From NCBI RefSeq assembly GCF_902652985.1, contig NC_047019.1, positions 14,570,001 to 14,634,000 of the forward strand: a stretch of DNA of 64,000 nucleotides, given 5' to 3'. The notes beneath the pieces are model-generated. The model saw only the letters and a program-made list of their open reading frames with translations. It searched no databases and was not told where the DNA came from. Of the stretch, positions 57,187 through 64,000 are shown one piece after another. The stretch is from Pecten maximus (lineage: Eukaryota). Both the position numbers and the translations under genes were made by a program. Numbering within the stretch: the first letter of the stretch is position 1; each line of letters begins with the position of its first letter.

Positions 57187-60100
57187 TTGCTTGTTAGCTT
57201 AATTCCGTCCAGACTTCAGAATCTCAGATTACTGTTGACTTTTAAACGCTACCAAACAAAATGTGATTTCTATATGGACAATAGTGATGTAAGATACAAG
57301 CCATTCTTTCCAACAACAAAATGGACAAAGTCTGTGAACAATGTGACATTGTTACAGTAATTTTAAGAGTTTCATTGAATTGTATATATGATGTATTTAT
57401 TTATTAAATATTGGTGAACGCATATTTGTCAGCTGTGATACTACATATCAGTCATTAAATCATTGTTACATGTAAACGTGGTCTGTGTTTGTTATAAACC
57501 GTAAAAGGAGCTCTTGTCTATATTACTACATGTATTACTGTATATCCTCACAGAGTTATTTATCTCAATCACAAGTATATGTCCATAGACTACTGCACTC
57601 TCTCTTCTTGACAATCTGAGGGTGGTGTTTTCAATATACTCAAGAAAGAAAGGCTCCAGGTTAGAAATTTGATCAGTTCTAGATTGAAAATTGGCGAACT
57701 TGATTCTGACGTGCCATTGGCAAGGTGGAAAAATTACTTGATTTTGCCCCAAATATGCATGCGCAATTTCGGCATGTACTGCTTGCCGTAAATTCCAGTT
57801 GGTTTGGAAGCACCGGCACACAAGATGGCAAAATGTTCAACTGCAAAATTATATTAAGTCAGAAGTTAAAGAATGTCAACTTGTTTTGAGCCTGTCCGGC
57901 TATTTGAGTCATATATATAGCAAAATAAGTTGATTTTAAATGTTCTACAGCGTTCGATGATTACAATGCTTTTGAAATATGTTTATTGATGTATAAAATA
58001 AATAAAAATAGATATGTTTTGGTCTATGTCGGCCATATTGCAACTGAGCCGCTTTGCTTGAATGTACAAGCCGGCGGCAAGCTCAAAACCAGTAAACGGC
58101 ACAAACGGCAAGCTAGAATCAAGTTCGACAAATGTCTTTTGTAATGGAATATTTCGCAAAATTTCTCGCCTGAAAACAAAACAATCTTGAGTACACCATA
58201 TTTCATAAGTGTGTTATGGTGCTGTACAATTCTGGATATTTGTATCACCGAGGTCACAGACAGGTCACGTATCTTCCTTCGTCATGACAAAGTTGAAGAG
58301 AAAATGTATCAAAAACAAACGTTTCAAAAGATACTGTACATCTCTGGATAAGCACTGTCCCTCTTCGAGTACTAACAGGGTTAGGAATTTGTTTTAATTC
58401 CTAAAAGACGACTCCCCCAATTGATAAATTTTGATGCAGTTCTTTGCCGATCTTCTAAAAAATTTGGGGGAAAAAAAATAATCTTGAGAGTCAATTGATG
58501 ATTTGTTTTTTTCATAAATCATATAAACATAAACAAAAGAATAAATAAATAAAAAGTCATGGTTGAGTTGTTATATATGTTAATTTATTGCTTAGCATTG
58601 ATTACAGGTGCATGCCATGAAATACTACAATGCATAACAGCAAATAAAACGTCTACAAACTTGGCCGCAGTTCTAGACAGATCAGTCAAAGCAATTCTAC
58701 ACGCATCTGAACAGGGAAAACATAGAAGGGACTCGCTCTCTTCCTCAGACTGGCTCTAGAAAATTTTGTGTACCTGTCAATAAACGATGCTTAACACAGC
58801 ACACATATTACCTCCCTTTGATGCCCTTTGAGGTTTGGTATGAAAGTAAGAATTTTGGGTAGCAGAAAGATCTTCAAAGATGCCCATCTAATGAACAATA
58901 CCAGAAACATCTGGGAAGGGAGAGAGTCGTACAGTTCAAGGGGAAAACCTAAGAATATCTACAAATAATATATAGCCAATAACTTATACAACCGTACTTA
59001 TTACAAAATGGACAGGATTCATTCGGTTCACAACCTGGAATGAGTAAGGCACAACCAAGATTGATAGAAGGATATGTAGCATGACATGAGAATTCACTGG
59101 AAATTTTATTCTGGAAAACTTTGGACATGACATGGGTAAAAACTAACTGATAAGCTGAACTTTGTTTTCTAATAAATGAACAAAAATGATAATAAATATT
59201 TCAATGTTTTGTCAGATTCTATTGGATTTTGTGCAAAATAAAGATAGTTTTAAAAAATATTTTTTAATGATAATGATAAAAGGGAAAAAATCCATGTTTG
59301 GACATGCTTTCAAAATGTAGGTGTTCTTTTGATTGAAGTATAAATACAGAAGTTTGTAGCATACAACACTGATGACAGTTCAAGTAAAACACTTGGACAA
59401 AATTACAAGAAACGAACAATCACAGAGAAACAAATTTAATGTTTTTATCGGTTATAATCTGTGTCACATTAATCAAGCCTTTGGTTGATGAGCTACATTA
59501 AGTTGAATAACAAAATGTCTGTCTTCATTATATGCACCATTGAAATTCTCATCAAATTACAAGAAACTTGATACACAGTATTGAAATTTAATTTACAATG
59601 ACAATAATGATGAACAATCATGACATCAGATGTGTCCCAAAGGTTTATTAGAAAGCTTATACAAGTCAGTATATTTGTAGCATCAACCCAAAAACCAGTA
59701 CTGTCCATTGAACAAATCCCTAGATAATCCAATTTTGTTCAAAAATCCACCTTCCATGTCTGTGTATTATAACATGTCAAATGTAGGACAGTTTTTTTCT
59801 AATACAAGAGCCTCGGCTCAGAAAACTTTGACAACCAAGAATGTTATGGAATGGTAATATTGGAATGTAGTAACTTAAGAAAAAGTGTTTTATTAGTCCT
59901 GTGGCCAATTATATGACCAAAAATAATACATCAAATAAGTGTGTAACTTTACATACATTTCGAGAGCTGGTCGCCGAGTATGGACATATACGTATACCGT
60001 AGGAGTAGGTGTATATGGAGAAATAAGCTTAATGGAACCAGATCTGCTACAGGAAGCAATCAACGCAGAAAATACCTGACATAATCACCTGTGGCAGACT

Positions 60101-61593
60101 GAATTACCTGTGGCATACCTGTCTAATTGATTTACCTGCGAATAATATACCTGTCTATAGTCAAGTTATCTGTGAGTCTGCATGACCAATGAATGAGGAA
60201 CTAAAAGTCACTAACATCATTCTACACCTCCAACCTTATCAAAATATAAAACTCTTTCTATGTACATAACGTATGTATTTGTGCTATATACAAATGTCCA
60301 TATATATATATATATATAATGTATATATAACATCAGTAACGGCTCGCATTGAGCCGAACACACCCAACCTTTCGCACCACAGGACTATTATGTGTAACGA
60401 GGTGCACCAATTATCCTATTCACACGTGTACACACACATACTGTCAACATATGTAGTAATTCTGTTTCCACATACGCGGCGTATAATTTGTTCCGTTTCT
60501 CCTATGAATTCTTTATAATGTAAACAAAAATTATGTACAACAGCCGTAGATATGTGCTAATCTTTATAACAGTGATATATACCATTTGTTAATAATGATA
60601 ACAATATTTGTACAATTGAGTACAAAAAGCTGCATAATAGTTCTATATAAAACTCTCAGTCCACCATTTCTCCTAGACCACGTAATGTCCATGTATAGCT
60701 ATATACTGTACACATGCTCGACATTCTCCCACTACAGTGACAAAAGCTGAACGAACAAGTCTAATATCAAAATGTGTACTTAAGGATCACAGCCTGTTCG
60801 GTAATATCGGCTAATCCTACATCTTCATATTCAAAATCATATTTCATAACCAATAAATGAATTTGTTTCAATACTAATAAAAATTAAAGAAAAAAAAAAT
60901 TGCACAACAATTCCTATCGGAACAGGTTATAATAAACTCCCGAGTTGTTCACGACAAGTCACAAAAGATTTATCCTTCAGTTAAGGTGTCACATGTGACT
61001 TAGATATAAGTTCCAAGTTGTTCAGTCTCATTAGCTCAACACATCTTAAATGAAAATGGAAAATTTATTCAACCTTTTTCCCATTTGCTGTCCTCAAGTT
61101 GATACATTTTAATTATGAATATCAGTGTTTCCTAATATATATACCATTACAAGATTGAAATTCTTTCATTGTTCTAATGAGTGCCTGAACACCTGGCCGC
61201 TTACATTAATGATAACAAAAAGTTAAGATGATAACTGTGATTATAATGAGATATGTAAAATCCACGTCTCCAGTACACCAAACGTTGGGAGTCCTACACT
61301 AAAAAGGTTTTATAAATCCTCACAGGACCAAAATTGTAGTTTCCATGACAGATTAATGCCCACATCCATCAATGAAGGTCTCACAAACACTAGATGATCA
61401 GCACTTTATACCATATTGTTTTCTCCAAACATGCGATAACAGTTCAAACATCCTTATTCTATCTCCTTAACGCACTGCCAAGGGGAGTAACTCTTCCATT
61501 CACAGATCGGCAAAGAATAAGTTGTAACCCATCACTTTGGTCCCCGAAAGCTCTCATTACAGGGATTCTCTCGCATGGAAATGCATCCACTGT

Positions 61594-61864
61594 GTCCGAC
61601 ACTCCGTCTGTGATGTAAATAGGACTTCATTGTCCGACACTCCGTCTGTGATGTAAATAGGACTCCATTGTCCGACACTCCGTCTGTGATGTAAATAGGA
61701 CTTCATTGTCCGACACTCCGTCTGTGATGTAAATAGGACTTCATTGTCCGACACTCTGTCTGTGATGTAAAGAGTACTTCATTGTCCGACACTCCGTCTG
61801 TGATGTAAAGAGTACTTCATTGTCCGACACTCCGTCTGTGATGTAAATAGGACTTCACTGTCCG
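61594..61864. repeat. 38-bp tandem repeat (7 copies) starting at the afadin stop codon
   Basis: Unit gtccgacactccgtctgtgatgtaaataggacttcatt; the last unit overlaps the TGA at 61855-61857. Confidence 0.95.
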
Positions 61865-63950
61865 TTATGTAGTTGAGATTCTATATTTCGGAGAGTTTTT
61901 GATGCTTTGGGTTTATACTTTGGTGTTTCTTCACCTGCTTCCGCAGCAAAGAATTTCATTTTGTCTTTGAAGGACATTTTTTCCTGTCCTTTCTTAAAAG
62001 GTTGTCCGATACCACTAAAGTCCTTTTGAGCATTTATCCGGCTCCGTGGGTCCCTATACACTTCCTGTGCCCCAATAACCGTTGGCGTGCTTTGGGTTGT
62101 GGTGTATTTTTGATCTATGTGGTTTTGTTGCGGGGTAGTTACAAATGCATTACTGTTGTTGTCTAGTGGGGGATGGTTGATGCTGGGAGATGATGGTGAG
62201 TGTTGGTCGGACACAGATGACCGGTACGACGACACAGAGTTGCCGCGCCCTTGGTCTTCATTATAAGTGTTAATCTGTGTCTCCAACTGCGTGTTAAATT
62301 TCACAGACTTTTTGAAGGATGGTTCTGGAGGAACACGTCCAGCAGGTGAATGACTTTTATATCCATTATAATTATTCACCATACTAGGGTTTGATCTGTT
62401 CGCGGACTCGTAACTATTGGGGCCACCACCATTTGACCTTGTTGCGACCTCGTATGAGGAGCCACGGGTAGGTGGGGGAGGTACATTTATGGTGTACCTA
62501 TCGGGGGGCGAGTACTGAGATGGAAGGTTGGCATATGGCTGGTACGGTTGTTGATGTTGTGTTTGTACTGTCAACACTTCCAGGCGTTTCCGTTCATCCG
62601 CAACTGTGATTTCACGGTTTGCCTCTCTACGTTCACGCTCCCGTTGTTCCTGTTGCTGACACTGGTACTCCTCCTCACGACGTCGGACTTCGGCGCGATG
62701 GATCTTCTCCTCAGCATCGCGAGCCTCCTGTGCCTTCCTCTTCTGTTCACGTTCCTGGGAAACAACATTTTTTATGTTTAATATGTCATGGCTGACAGGC
62801 ATTTCACATTTACTTGTAGTAAAAAGCCATTGAACTCAAATGAATAATGACATATCGGCAAGAAAATTTACATCTTCTGTACACTCATTTAAAGACACCT
62901 ACAATGTTACTGAAAAAGCCGAGAAATTTACTGAAAAAGCCGAGATTCTTTAGTAAGACATCATTTTTTAAATATGAACCCATCAGAAATTACTTTAACC
63001 AGACTAATATATTGATCAAATGTCTATGTATAGGACGATAGTAGACATGAAAACTTACTATGTCCTTCCGCCTTTGAATTTCTTCCATTTTCCTGGCCCT
63101 AACTTTCTCCTCCTCAGCCACCATAAGGCGTTTTTGTTCTTCATAATCTTGTCGCTGTTTTTCTCGCATCTCCTAAAACATCAAACAACACTTTCAGTTA
63201 AATTAATTTCACACTTTCATAGCCATATTTGTTTCCCAGATGAGATCTAAAATACTGTTTTTATCTCTTCAAGAACAGGCTACATCCACCTATGGATGGT
63301 GCCCTGGTTCGTATCCCGCTTCCTAAAAATCTTGTTTTCTCTCTCACATATCAAAGTTGTTTGGAGCCCCACACTCACTTGGTTATGCTGGGACTAGGTG
63401 GTCAGTTTTAAAAGTTCTGTATACACCATATTCATTTGCGAAAGATAAATCTACATATTGTCCGCAAACAAGCCCCTGCCCAAAAATAATCCCCTTAGTT
63501 TTTGCAGAATCATCAAAGCTAATAGTGGTTCATAAATAAGCCCTCCCCAAATTTTTAATATTCTCAACTTTTACAGTAGAGGAGGGGGCTTATTTTAGGA
63601 TAAATACAGCATGTTTTTTTTTTTTCGAGCACAAGATTAAATATGATGATAATTAAGGAGTAAGGCCAGGATGGTTCTAATTGTTTGACGTCCTATCAAC
63701 TCATTGAGGAAATTCAAGTACAGAACCACTTGTTTTTGCAGTAAAATCCTACAAATTCATAAATAAGGGTACATGGTTGCCAAGGTAACTGATGAATTTG
63801 ATGAGGTTACCGATACAAATGTCAAGTTAACTGACCTTCTGCTTCCGAAGATTTTCTTCCTGTTCTCGTTGTCGCTTTTCCTGACGTTGTCGTATCCTTT
63901 CTTGTCGCTCTTCTTTTTCCCTTTCGAAAATTTCCAGCTTCCTCTCCAAT
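61855..63950 (-). CDS. AFDN: Afadin/AF-6/canoe homologue, last three coding exons (5' part outside the window)
   Basis: Exons 63836-63950, 63059-63172, 61855-62754, GT-AG and in frame. Charged coiled-coil followed by the C-terminal motifs KKSVKF, PTVIGAQEVYRDPRSRI and EKMSFKDKMKFFA, recognised as canoe/afadin-type. Confidence 0.8.
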
Positions 63951-64000
63951 CTACAACCAGAAAACTCCTTGTTAGCCATCCACACCATGTAAGTGGTCTA

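Overview
AT-rich, intron-containing animal genomic DNA. The repeat families point to a mollusc, probably a bivalve (inference). In order: (1) 1-4647, the 3' part of a frameshifted, spliced DNA-transposon gene fusing a DDE transposase (Mutator-like/Kolobok-type motifs), a YqaJ/lambda-exonuclease domain and a C-terminal Spindlin-like Tudor domain; (2) a 127-bp TG..CA solo LTR made almost entirely of a tRNA-Thr-like sequence; (3) two tRNA-Val genes, with a third at 31.7 kb; (4) an 8-exon cathepsin L gene on the minus strand with an unusual CGDCW active-site motif; (5) a single-coding-exon F-box/LRR-like gene followed by a 2.6-kb 26-bp minisatellite; (6) a four-layer nested insertion (minisatellite < SINE < SINE + solo LTR); (7) a complete IFT88 gene of 23 coding exons with a U12 intron, an exon 3-7 duplication that looks like a haplotype-join assembly artefact, and two inverted MITE copies; (8) the last three exons of afadin/canoe on the minus strand, convergent with IFT88. 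Many tandem repeats start exactly at splice sites or start/stop codons. Most short ORFs in the track are spurious. Exon boundaries were read by hand from the sequence, and family names come from recognised motifs, not database searches.
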